Positions 8,905 to 17,842 of a stretch of DNA of 64,000 nucleotides are shown one piece after another (the stretch's first letter is position 1; each line of letters begins with the position of its first letter). The position numbers and the translations under genes were made by a program. The stretch is from Candidatus Bathyarchaeota archaeon. GTDB lineage: Archaea; Thermoproteota; Bathyarchaeia; Bathyarchaeales; Bathycorpusculaceae. Under the pieces are notes generated by a model, which worked only from the letters and a program-made list of their open reading frames with translations, did not search any database and had not been told where the DNA came from. The stretch spans positions 64,001-128,000 of the forward strand of contig CAVTBV010000016.1 of assembly GCA_963733095.1 (NCBI GenBank). The letters are read 5' to 3'.

Positions 8905-9659
8905 TATTCTTTTGCCTCCTCAGGTTTTGATTCTGGTTTGGGTTCATCAACAACTTCTTTGGCTTGCACTTCGGGTTCTGGCTCTGGTTCAGGTGATGGT
9001 TCAACTGGAGCTGTTGGGGGGGCAGGTGCTGGTTGTGGAACAGTTACTTTTTCTTCTTCTGGTGCTGGCGCCACGATTGTAACTTTGTCAGGGAAATATG
9101 CGTCTGAAGGCATGATTTTTACTCGTACACCGATAATGCCTGGTTTTAGTTGAACATGGGCTTCAGCGGTTTTCATAGCTTTCAATGCTGGTTCACCGAC
9201 TATTGGAAAGTGGCCTGCCTTGAATTTTTCGAAACGCGCGCGCTCTGTTGTGAGTTTGCCGCTGATCACTATTTCAGCGCCTAATGCGCCGGCTTCCATA
9301 ACTTGGTTGAGTGCCCAGAAGCCTGCACGTCTAAAATGAACACCTCGCTCAAGGGCTGAGGCAACACGGTTTGCGACAACGTGGGCGTTGAATTCTGGAA
9401 CTTCGATTTCTGAAACGGATATTTGCGGGTTGGAAACTTTGAAATTTTGCTCAAGGGCTGAGGCCAGCTCTTTGATGGTTTCACCGCCTCTACCGATAAC
9501 TAAGCCTGGACGCATAGCGTAGATGACCACGTGGGTACCCAGTGGTGTTTTCGACAGGTTTACTCCGCCGTAGCCTGCGCGTTCAAGCTTTTTCTGTAAA
9601 AACTCATCTATTTCTGTTCTTTTAATTGATTCTGTGATGAAACGTTTGACTATGCTCAT
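8904..9659 (-). CDS. rps3: 30S ribosomal protein uS3 with Pro/Glu-rich tail
   Basis: KTPLGT, RPGLVIGRGG, LERGVHFRRA. Confidence 0.98.
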   Translation of the reverse strand: MSIVKRFITESIKRTEIDEFLQKKLERAGYGGVNLSKTPLGTHVVIYAMRPGLVIGRGGETIKELASALEQNFKVSNPQISVSEIEVPEFNAHVVANRVASALERGVHFRRAGFWALNQVMEAGALGAEIVISGKLTTERARFEKFKAGHFPIVGEPALKAMKTAEAHVQLKPGIIGVRVKIMPSDAYFPDKVTIVAPAPEEEKVTVPQPAPAPPTAPVEPSPEPEPEPEVQAKEVVDEPKPESKPEEAKE

Positions 9660-10145
9660 TTATTGTTCTCCTTGGGTCGGTTTCTCTTCTAGGACTATTT
9701 CGACGTGTGTTGTTTTGTCGAATTTTGGTGATGCTCTGCCGTGTGCTCTTGGCGTGAAACGCTTAAGTTTTATGCCTTGGTACGCTGCTGCATGCATGAT
9801 TCTGAGTCGGTCGACGTCTAAGCCTTTGTTTTCTGCGTTAGCTTGGGCTGCTTCGATGATGTGAAGGATTTGTTCGGCGCATTTTATTGGGAACCTACCT
9901 ACGCAGTGATTTTCTAATCCGCCTTTATGTCCTAACTTTTTGGTGTACCTGGAATATGGAACGGCTTTTTTCTTAATCATTACGTCGCGTAAAAAGTCCT
10001 TGGATTGAACAAGATTCATGCCCTTAACAGCTCTGCAGACTTCCCTTGCGGCTTTATGGGATACCTTAAGTTCTCTACCGCTGGCTTTCGCTGTTTTTTC
10101 TGGATTGAGCATTTCTTCAATTATTGAGTATCCCCATTTTGGCAT
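9660..10145 (-). CDS. rpl22: 50S ribosomal protein uL22
   Basis: VSHK, GRFP.K, PRAHGRA, THVEIVL; start set at ATG 10145 (MPKWGYS). Confidence 0.97.
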   Translation of the reverse strand: MPKWGYSIIEEMLNPEKTAKASGRELKVSHKAAREVCRAVKGMNLVQSKDFLRDVMIKKKAVPYSRYTKKLGHKGGLENHCVGRFPIKCAEQILHIIEAAQANAENKGLDVDRLRIMHAAAYQGIKLKRFTPRAHGRASPKFDKTTHVEIVLEEKPTQGEQ

Positions 10146-10539
10146 AGATATTTTCTCCAGTGCGCATTCAAACACGTAAAAGCAATTTATATGGCTTTCC
10201 GTATCACAACTAAGATTTTACTCTTAATAGACTAAGTGGGTGTTCCTGCGAGGGAACTATTCGAACGCGTGAGGTGTATAGTTTTTGGATTGCGTTTAGG
10301 CTTTTATAGTTTACCCAAAGAACTCTATTGAAAAAGAGAATTAGGACTATTTTTGGGACTTTTAGTTGTTCTGCACACTTTCTGTTATTTAAAAAGCTGC
10401 ATAATGACCATATCCAAATGAGCAAACCGTTCAAGATCGGTTCTTTTTCATGCGGTTATTTCTTTTTTCTTCACTGTTTTGCCAGAAGACTCTTTCTTTT
10501 GAGACATCGCCAACGAACCAACTGTGGCGATTAGAGCCG

Positions 10540-10876
10540 TTGTGACTATGACAATTAACTCCAAGAACACTAAAAACAAAGACCAGAGTAGCTAGCAGAA
10601 CGGCTCTGGGACTGTTAAAATGACTTTGCGGATGTTCAACCATATGCCACCATATAGCAAGATGTAAGCTAGAGCCAAAGCCACAAGGTAGGGTGAAAAA
10701 CTCTTTACCGCTGTTGGGTCAAACAACCCAAAAATTGGGCCGAAAAGAACCTGATAAATATCAGTAAAAGCGTGTCAGGCACGCCGGTCTCATTGAAAAG
10801 GTAGTTAGCTAAGAACCGAATCAAAATTATTAACGTACTGATCGTGAGTGCTATCCAAACGGAATAAAACAAGCAT
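10540..10876 (-). pseudogene. Frameshifted N-terminal remnant of a CPA1 (NhaP-type) cation:proton antiporter
   Basis: Successive frames give IILIRFLANYLFNETGVPDTLLLIFI / FGPIFGLFDPTAVKSFSPYLVALALAYILLYGGIWLNIRKVI / NSPRAVLLATLVFVFSVLGV, resembling the first TM helices of archaeal NhaP2; ends approximate. Confidence 0.7.
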
Positions 10877-11010
10877 TACCAAACACACCTTTACTTTGAA
10901 GGCTTTTTAAAATTTATGGCAATAAACTTCATTGACTTAGGAGTAAGAAAATAGAAACAGCACAACCTATTTCCTAAGTTAAACAATCAGTTCCGAAACA
11001 AAGCGCGTCC

Positions 11011-12540
11011 CTATTCGTCTTTTTCTTTTGTTTTCTTTTCGTTTTTGGTTCTGGATCTGCCCTTGGAAATTTTCGGGAAAGAAGAATACAACCCAGCGGC
11101 TCTTGACCGAATAATTTGCTTTGTTTCAACCGTAACAGGAGATTTTGCAATCAGATCGTCGAGTTTTTTCCTGCTTTCCTCAATACGTGCGTTGAATTCT
11201 GTATTGGATATTTTGCCCTCAGCATTTAGCTTCTTTAATTCTTTAATGTTTGAAGCCATTATTTCGAATTGTTTGTCAATTATGATTTCTGAACCACCAC
11301 TTTCAGTTTGCGGGATTTTTTTCCTGACGTACCTAAACAGCAAGGGCACCTGGAAAACTATTGATATAAACGCTACACCCAGCACCATTGTATTGATAGT
11401 TTGGATATCGCCTATAGTAATAACTGCTGAAGCGGTAATCGTAGCCGCTAATGCTATGGACAGGGCACCTTTGACTCCGCCAATCATGGCGACGTTGCGC
11501 CAGACCACAGATATTTTGTCCCCAAATTTACTGAAGATACTCAAAATCGGGTAAACCGCGACGGCTCTAGCGGCTACTACCGCGAGGTAGGCGGCGATAA
11601 TTACCAGAATTGATTCAGATAGAGTAATTATGTTTGTTTGGAAACCAATAATTAAGAAAGCTACTGAGTTACCAAGGAAGGCTGCGACCGCCCAGAAACT
11701 GATCACAGCTTCTCTTGTGGCAGGCTCCATGGCAGAACGCATCGTATAGTTGCCAAAGTATAATCCTGCGACGGCGACCGCTATCAGCCCTGAGGCACCT
11801 ATTCCAGTTGCCAGTGCGTATGACCCATAAACCACCGCAATCGCAAGTATCGTTTCGGCTACACTGTCCTCTATCAAGCTCGATAGTACTTCACCTAAAA
11901 ATGCGACTGCTAACCCGATTAAGACTCCAGCGCCAAGAGTAAACCCGAAATTGAATAATGTTTGGGTAACTGAGAATTGTTGAACACCGACAGTTGAGAG
12001 GATTATTGTGAAGATGACGATGCCTGTTGCGTCGTTGAAAGCTGCTTCGGTGTCGAGCAATGTCGATAATTTGGAAGGAACTTTGACTCGCCGAAAAACC
12101 TCTAAAACCGTGACTGTGTCGGTGGGAGCAATTAAAGCGGCAAAAAGAAAAGCAACGTATGGAGATAAACCGACCACTTTCCACAAGATTAATCCTCCAA
12201 CCAAAGTCGCTATCAAGACGCCCATGGTTGCTAAAGCTAACGAAGGCTTGATTACCGCCCGTAGGTCACTTGCCCGAAGATGAATCATGGCTTCAAAAAT
12301 CAGTGGAGGAACAACTAAGCCCACGAATAGCCCGCCTTGAATAAGTTGTGTGAAAATTGACTTCAACTGTAAAGTTAAGTTAGATCCTCCTTGAGAAACC
12401 AATAGATATGAAACAACAGTAATAGCGACGCCTGCCAAAACCAGAACCAAAGTGTAGGGTACCTTGAGCTTGTTAGATAGAACTGCCGCTAAGAAGGCCA
12501 CGAGCAGAAATGCCGCAATCACAATTTCAATGCTAGGCAT
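11011..12540 (-). CDS. nhaP: Na+/H+ antiporter, CPA1/NhaP family
   Basis: VPPLIFEA, LIAPTD, EAAFNDATGIV, GGVKGALSIALA; multiple TM helices. Confidence 0.9.
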   Translation of the reverse strand: MPSIEIVIAAFLLVAFLAAVLSNKLKVPYTLVLVLAGVAITVVSYLLVSQGGSNLTLQLKSIFTQLIQGGLFVGLVVPPLIFEAMIHLRASDLRAVIKPSLALATMGVLIATLVGGLILWKVVGLSPYVAFLFAALIAPTDTVTVLEVFRRVKVPSKLSTLLDTEAAFNDATGIVIFTIILSTVGVQQFSVTQTLFNFGFTLGAGVLIGLAVAFLGEVLSSLIEDSVAETILAIAVVYGSYALATGIGASGLIAVAVAGLYFGNYTMRSAMEPATREAVISFWAVAAFLGNSVAFLIIGFQTNIITLSESILVIIAAYLAVVAARAVAVYPILSIFSKFGDKISVVWRNVAMIGGVKGALSIALAATITASAVITIGDIQTINTMVLGVAFISIVFQVPLLFRYVRKKIPQTESGGSEIIIDKQFEIMASNIKELKKLNAEGKISNTEFNARIEESRKKLDDLIAKSPVTVETKQIIRSRAAGLYSSFPKISKGRSRTKNEKKTKEKDE

Positions 12541-12806
12541 CAGACATTCGCCACCCTTATGTGGAATTTGTTTGAATTTGTTCTAATTTCTGCTAAGTCC
12601 TTAATCAACCTGTCTAGTTGCCTTAAATCAAACCAATGATTTTTCAGATATTTTTCCGAGTAAATCGCACAACAGTCTTTGTGAGCCGGCCGTTGCTTGT
12701 AATAACTCTAAGTAGACAAAGCTGTTTTTTGCAGTAAATTACGATGTGTTTATTTTTCACGCTCATGTAGTCTAATTAAGTAATAAAAACGAGAAGACAG
12801 AAAATC

Positions 12807-13871
12807 ATGGATAAAACCGAGAAAATTACTATGCTGCACGGTGCCGGCGGCTCAGTCATGCATGACCTCGTCAAAAACTACATCGTAAAATATTTTGGCG
12901 GATTAGAAAACACCGCGGAGGTTCCCTTGGAAGCGATGGATGATGCAGCAGTTATTGGCGACTTAGTTTTAAAAAGCGATTCCCACGCGGTGAAGCCTAT
13001 CTTTTTCCCAGGAGGAGACATTGGGCGTTTATCGATTTCAGGTACTGTAAATGATATTTCGTGTCTGGGTGCAGAGCCTTATGCTTTGGCTTGTGGACTT
13101 ATCCTTGAGGAAGGCTTGTTGTTGTCTGATTTGGAGCATATCCTTTCCAGTATGAGGCAGGCGTGTATCGAAGCGGGTGTAAGTATTGTTACGGGTGACA
13201 CTAAGGTGGTGGAGAAGGGCAGTTTAGGCGGCTGCGTTATGAATGTTTCAGGTATAGGAAGGAGAACCCCAGCCCTCGAAAGCAACCTCAGCGTGGTCAA
13301 AGAATATCGGGAACTTAAAGCACGTTGGACACTTGATTCTAACCTTGCCGCTGGCGACAGAATTATATTGTCAGGCACCCTTGGCGACCATGGCTTAGCA
13401 GTGCTTTCAGCACAACAGGGATTGAAGTTTGGAAGCCAAATACTCTCCGATGTTAAACCGCTCAACAAAATGATGCAAAACTTATTGGGAACCGTGGGTG
13501 GAGTTGTCGCTATGAAGGACCCTACGCGAGGCGGATTAGCAGACGCAACCAATGAATGGGCAGAAAAATCCAAAATAGGCGTTTTAATTCATGAAAACAA
13601 AGTCCCCATCCGGGCAGACGTACAAACTGCGTGTGATATGCTGGGTTTGGATCCTTTGGAAGTGGGTAACGAAGGCAAAATCATCATTGGCGTTGTCCCA
13701 GAAAAGGCAGATGAAGCAGTCGAATTTCTAAAGAAAACTAAAGAAGGTAAGGATGCCCAAATAATAGGTGAAACCACAACTGAATTCAAAGGAGTAGCGA
13801 TGCAGACGGTGGTGGGCGGCAAAAGAATAATTGCAAAGCCAGTAGGCGACCCCGTGCCGAGAATCTGTTAA
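12807..13871 (+). CDS. hypE: Hydrogenase maturation protein HypE
   Basis: HGAGG, FFPGGDIG, TGDTKVV, DPTRGG, C-terminal PRIC. Confidence 0.97.
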   Translation: MDKTEKITMLHGAGGSVMHDLVKNYIVKYFGGLENTAEVPLEAMDDAAVIGDLVLKSDSHAVKPIFFPGGDIGRLSISGTVNDISCLGAEPYALACGLILEEGLLLSDLEHILSSMRQACIEAGVSIVTGDTKVVEKGSLGGCVMNVSGIGRRTPALESNLSVVKEYRELKARWTLDSNLAAGDRIILSGTLGDHGLAVLSAQQGLKFGSQILSDVKPLNKMMQNLLGTVGGVVAMKDPTRGGLADATNEWAEKSKIGVLIHENKVPIRADVQTACDMLGLDPLEVGNEGKIIIGVVPEKADEAVEFLKKTKEGKDAQIIGETTTEFKGVAMQTVVGGKRIIAKPVGDPVPRIC

Positions 13872-14956
13872 CCCAAAACTGCCACATTTTTTGCCCACAC
13901 ACGGCATGTGCCTTCGCTGCTAACCATGCAGGCGCCGACCGGGTGGGCGGGTGTGCAGGCTTTCATGAACAGGGGGCACTCTTTGGGCTTGATTTTTCCG
14001 ATGATTACAAGGTGGCATTCACATCCAAAGTTGATGTCTCTTCCTTCTTTAACGTGGACGTCGAATTTTTCTCTGGCATCAAATTTTTTGAGCGACTCCT
14101 GCAGTTGTAAAGCGGAGTCAGGAAGTCTGCCGATGCCGCGCCAGTTCCCCGCTGTAACTGTGAAGGCTCTCTGCATCATTTCAAGTGCTTTGGGGTTTCC
14201 TTCAGGCTTAACCACACGCGAATATTCATTCTCTAATCTTGCGTCACTTTCGCTGACCTGTTTGAGAAGCATGTACAGGGACATTAACACGTCGTTGGGT
14301 TCAAAACCAGCCACAACGGTGGGCATCCGGTAAACTCGGGTAAATAACTCGTAAGGTTTCAAGCCTATGATGGCGCTCACATGTCCAGGTGCTATGAAGC
14401 CGTCAATTTGCAGGTCGCCAACGCCAAGCAACAATTCCATGGCTGGCGGAATTAGTCGGTGAGAAACAAGGAAGCTAAAGTTTTTGGGCAAATCTCCGAG
14501 CGCTTCAAGGGCGGTGATGGGTGCTGTAGTTTCAAATCCGACAGCGTGGAACACAAACTGTTTGGTTGGTTCCTGTTTAGCCATTTCAACCGCATCAGAG
14601 ACGGCATAGACGATTCTGACGTCAGCGCCAGCTGCCTTGGCTTCTAAAAGCGAGGATTGGCTACCTGGCACCCGCAAAACATCGCCAAAGCACGTTATAA
14701 CAACGCCTTTCTGGGATAGTTGCACTGCCTCGTCAATTTCTGCAGCGGGAACGATGCATACGGGGCATCCGGGTCCAGCGATAACTTCAACGTTTTTAGG
14801 CAGTAGACTGCGCAGACCAAAGTGTGTTATTGTCCATTCGTGAGTCCCGCAAACGTGGCAAAACTTTACCATCGACTTCTTTGGAGCCATTTCCTTGATT
14901 TTTTCAGCGATGCTATGTGCCATTTCAGGGTTTCGAAACTTTAGGTTTTGTGCCAT
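13868..14956 (-). CDS. hypD: Hydrogenase maturation protein HypD
   Basis: CGTHE, GPGCPVC, GFETT, PGHVS, GACMVSSEG.C. Confidence 0.97.
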   Translation of the reverse strand: MAQNLKFRNPEMAHSIAEKIKEMAPKKSMVKFCHVCGTHEWTITHFGLRSLLPKNVEVIAGPGCPVCIVPAAEIDEAVQLSQKGVVITCFGDVLRVPGSQSSLLEAKAAGADVRIVYAVSDAVEMAKQEPTKQFVFHAVGFETTAPITALEALGDLPKNFSFLVSHRLIPPAMELLLGVGDLQIDGFIAPGHVSAIIGLKPYELFTRVYRMPTVVAGFEPNDVLMSLYMLLKQVSESDARLENEYSRVVKPEGNPKALEMMQRAFTVTAGNWRGIGRLPDSALQLQESLKKFDAREKFDVHVKEGRDINFGCECHLVIIGKIKPKECPLFMKACTPAHPVGACMVSSEGTCRVWAKNVAVLG

Positions 14957-14972
14957 GCTCTCAACTGCCAGT

Positions 14973-15197
14973 TTATTCTCCAGCAGCGTCTAAAACTTCG
15001 TTCCAAAGACTAAGGGTTTCTAAGGCTTCTTTTTCCTCCAAAACTTGAATAGCGTAGCCCGCGTGGACCAACACATACTCGCCGACTTTAGCCTCAACAA
15101 GCGATATGTTAACATCGCGCAAAACGCCCTGACCGAAATCCACATGGGCTGTTGTGCCGTCGAGGCTCATTATTTTTGCAGGAATTGCTAAACACAT
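14973..15197 (-). CDS. hypC: Hydrogenase chaperone HypC
   Basis: MCLAIPA, YVLVHAGYAI. Confidence 0.97.
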   Translation of the reverse strand: MCLAIPAKIMSLDGTTAHVDFGQGVLRDVNISLVEAKVGEYVLVHAGYAIQVLEEKEALETLSLWNEVLDAAGE

Positions 15198-15248
15198 AAG
15201 ATATCAACTATCAAAAGAGGGTTTGAGGGGCGATAAAAACAGATTGGT

Positions 15249-17531
15249 CTAAAAAATAGAAAATCCAGCAACAACTGCCTGACCAAACGAGACTCCTCCG
15301 TCGCCGGCTGGAACCTCTTCATGCACAACAAACCTCAGTCCCGAAGCCTCAACGGTTTCACGCATGAGTTGGGCGAGAATTTGGTTGCAGGCTGCACCGC
15401 CAGAAAAACCAACAGTTTTTACTCCTTGCTTAACAGCGCTTTTAACTGCAAGGATCGCTAAGCCTTTTGCTATATAAGCGTGGGCACTATAAGCCAAATC
15501 TGCAACAGAAACCCTACCTAAACTGTCATAAATTGTCTTAAGCAGGTAAGTGGTATCCAAAACACTCCCATGCATTGACGGTTCAAGATTCAAAATGTCT
15601 TTACCTTTAATTGCCGCTGACTCAAGTTTAATAGCAGGCTCCCCCTCGTAGGTGCGCACATCACAGAGCCCCAAAACAGCCGAAACTGCATCGAGAAATC
15701 TGCCGCAACTGGTCGTTTCAACCGCACCCTCTCCCATTTTAAGTTGCTCAAGGATAAGTTTTGCTTCTATCACCCCATGCGGCAGATGAGTGCTTTTTTT
15801 AGTCAGCCAATCTTCAACGTCTAAGCCCGCTTTTGTGAGCATTGCAGCTGCCAAACGTGCAGGATAACGACTAGCTAAATCCCCGCCCAGCAACAGTTGA
15901 GGCTCCAAGTGACCGACCCGCTTAAACTGATTTGAGCCGCTCGTACAATGCAGGATTTCTCCGCCCCATGCTTTTCCATCCGCGCCATACCCGTAACCAT
16001 CGCAAGTAACCGCAAATATTTCATCTAAGCCATTCTCAGCCATTAAAGCAGCCGCATGAGCGTGGTGATGCTGCACTTGAACCAGCGATAACCCAGCTTC
16101 CTCCGCAATCTCCTTCGCCAAAAGGGTTGTGGTAAACTTGGGGTGCAAATCGCAAGCCACAGTTTCAGCGTGGCAGTTGGTTAAGTGTTGAAGGTGGCTG
16201 GTAGCTTCTTGGAGAAAACTTCGGGTTTCTACGTTTTCAACGTCGCCGATGTGTTGGCTGATGAAGGCTTTATCATCAATTAAGATGCAGGAAGTGTCGT
16301 TTAATTCGCCGCCTAAAGCTACGACGCAACGGTTGGATTTCTGTTTTAACCTGATTGGAGCGGGTGCGTAACCGCGGCTTCGCCTAAGAAACACTTGGCG
16401 GCTACCATGAACACGCATAACCGAGTCGTCGCAACGGTGGGCTATTTTGCGGTTGTGAAACAGGAAATAGTCTACGATGTCGCCGAGGATTTTTAGTGCT
16501 TGCTGGTTGTCGTTTACGATGGGTTGGTTTGGTGGGTTTGCACTGGTCATCACAAAGGTTTGGTCAAGCACCTCGTCAAAGAGCATGTAGTGCAGACCAG
16601 TATAAGGCAACATGACACCCACGTTATGCAAGTGTGGCGCAACCAACGGTGACAGGTTGTAGCTGGCACTTTTGTTTAGCAAAACGATTGGGCGTGCAGG
16701 AGAAGCTAGCAGTTCCTGCTCCTTCGAAGACACTTCGGCAAACCCTTCTGCGGCGTCAAGGCTTTTTGCCATGATAGCGAAGGGCTTTTCGTGTCGGTGC
16801 TTCGCAGTTCGAAGCCTAATCAAGGGCTGCTCAAGCATCGTTGAGGCTGCAATGTGGAAGCCGCCGTAGCCTTTTACGGCAAGAATATGGCCTTCCGATA
16901 AGAGTTTCCCAGCTTCTCGCACAGGGTCTTTAGTTTGAACAGCTTCACCCAGATTCGTTGTCAAATACGCCTTGGGACCACACGTTGGGCACGCCACAGT
17001 TTGTGCATGAAAGCGCCTGTTCGCTGGGTCCTTGTACTCTTTTTGGCAGAAACCACAGAGCGGAAAGTCTTTCATGGTAGTGTTCTCTCGGTCGTATGGC
17101 AGGCGCTTGATGATTGTGAACCGTGGTCCACAGTCTGTGCAGGTGATGAAGAAGTACTCAAAACGAGGGTCTTGGGGGTCTCTGAGTTCCTTTAGGCATC
17201 GGTTGCAGATGGCGATGTCGGGTGGTATGATTGAGCCTGAATTTTCTGCTTCTTGAGAGCTTTTGTAAATGGTGAATTTTTGGTATTCGTTTTTGCCTGA
17301 AAGCTCAGTCTTTTTGACGTGGTAGATTTGGGCTAAGGGAGGTGTTTTCGCGGTCAAATCCTGCATAAACGCATCAATTTTATTTGAATCTCCTTCGAGC
17401 AGAATTTCAACACCCGCATCGCCCCTGTTGCGAACGTAGCCAGCCAAACGATTCTTAACCGCGATTCGGTAAATGAAAGGACGGAAGCCTACGCCCTGCA
17501 CGATACCGGTAACGTTGAATTTAACACGCAA
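15249..17531 (-). CDS. hypF: Carbamoyltransferase HypF
   Basis: GIVQGVGFRPF, two CxxC zinc fingers, RRFHAQ, QHHHAH, GDGGVSFGQ. Confidence 0.98.
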   Translation of the reverse strand: MRVKFNVTGIVQGVGFRPFIYRIAVKNRLAGYVRNRGDAGVEILLEGDSNKIDAFMQDLTAKTPPLAQIYHVKKTELSGKNEYQKFTIYKSSQEAENSGSIIPPDIAICNRCLKELRDPQDPRFEYFFITCTDCGPRFTIIKRLPYDRENTTMKDFPLCGFCQKEYKDPANRRFHAQTVACPTCGPKAYLTTNLGEAVQTKDPVREAGKLLSEGHILAVKGYGGFHIAASTMLEQPLIRLRTAKHRHEKPFAIMAKSLDAAEGFAEVSSKEQELLASPARPIVLLNKSASYNLSPLVAPHLHNVGVMLPYTGLHYMLFDEVLDQTFVMTSANPPNQPIVNDNQQALKILGDIVDYFLFHNRKIAHRCDDSVMRVHGSRQVFLRRSRGYAPAPIRLKQKSNRCVVALGGELNDTSCILIDDKAFISQHIGDVENVETRSFLQEATSHLQHLTNCHAETVACDLHPKFTTTLLAKEIAEEAGLSLVQVQHHHAHAAALMAENGLDEIFAVTCDGYGYGADGKAWGGEILHCTSGSNQFKRVGHLEPQLLLGGDLASRYPARLAAAMLTKAGLDVEDWLTKKSTHLPHGVIEAKLILEQLKMGEGAVETTSCGRFLDAVSAVLGLCDVRTYEGEPAIKLESAAIKGKDILNLEPSMHGSVLDTTYLLKTIYDSLGRVSVADLAYSAHAYIAKGLAILAVKSAVKQGVKTVGFSGGAACNQILAQLMRETVEASGLRFVVHEEVPAGDGGVSFGQAVVAGFSIF

Positions 17532-17631
17532 AGACTAAACCTTAACTTAATTGAGAAACGAGGTTTTCTCTTATACATTTCGAAGAAAACGCTAACAACC
17601 CTTAAACCAAGCATTTCTGCAATAAGAACGT

Positions 17632-17841
17632 ATGAAATGGGTTACGTTTACTTTTGCATCCGTTTTAACTACCTGCATAGTTATTTCAGGCATAGCTCTT
17701 TACCCTGAGGTTTTAGGGAGGGTCGCGACAACCAACAACGATTTTGTGTTTGCCGTCTTTTTGGGTCCTTTCTTTGTAGTCTTGTTCTTTTCTTGGGTTG
17801 GCGAAAAAGTTGTTTTGAAAGTTTGGAAGAGAAAAGCGTAG
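17632..17841 (+). CDS. Small two-helix membrane protein
   Basis: Two hydrophobic segments and a basic C-terminus; fills the gap between hypF and the ligase. Confidence 0.6.
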   Translation: MKWVTFTFASVLTTCIVISGIALYPEVLGRVATTNNDFVFAVFLGPFFVVLFFSWVGEKVVLKVWKRKA

Positions 17842-17842
17842 T

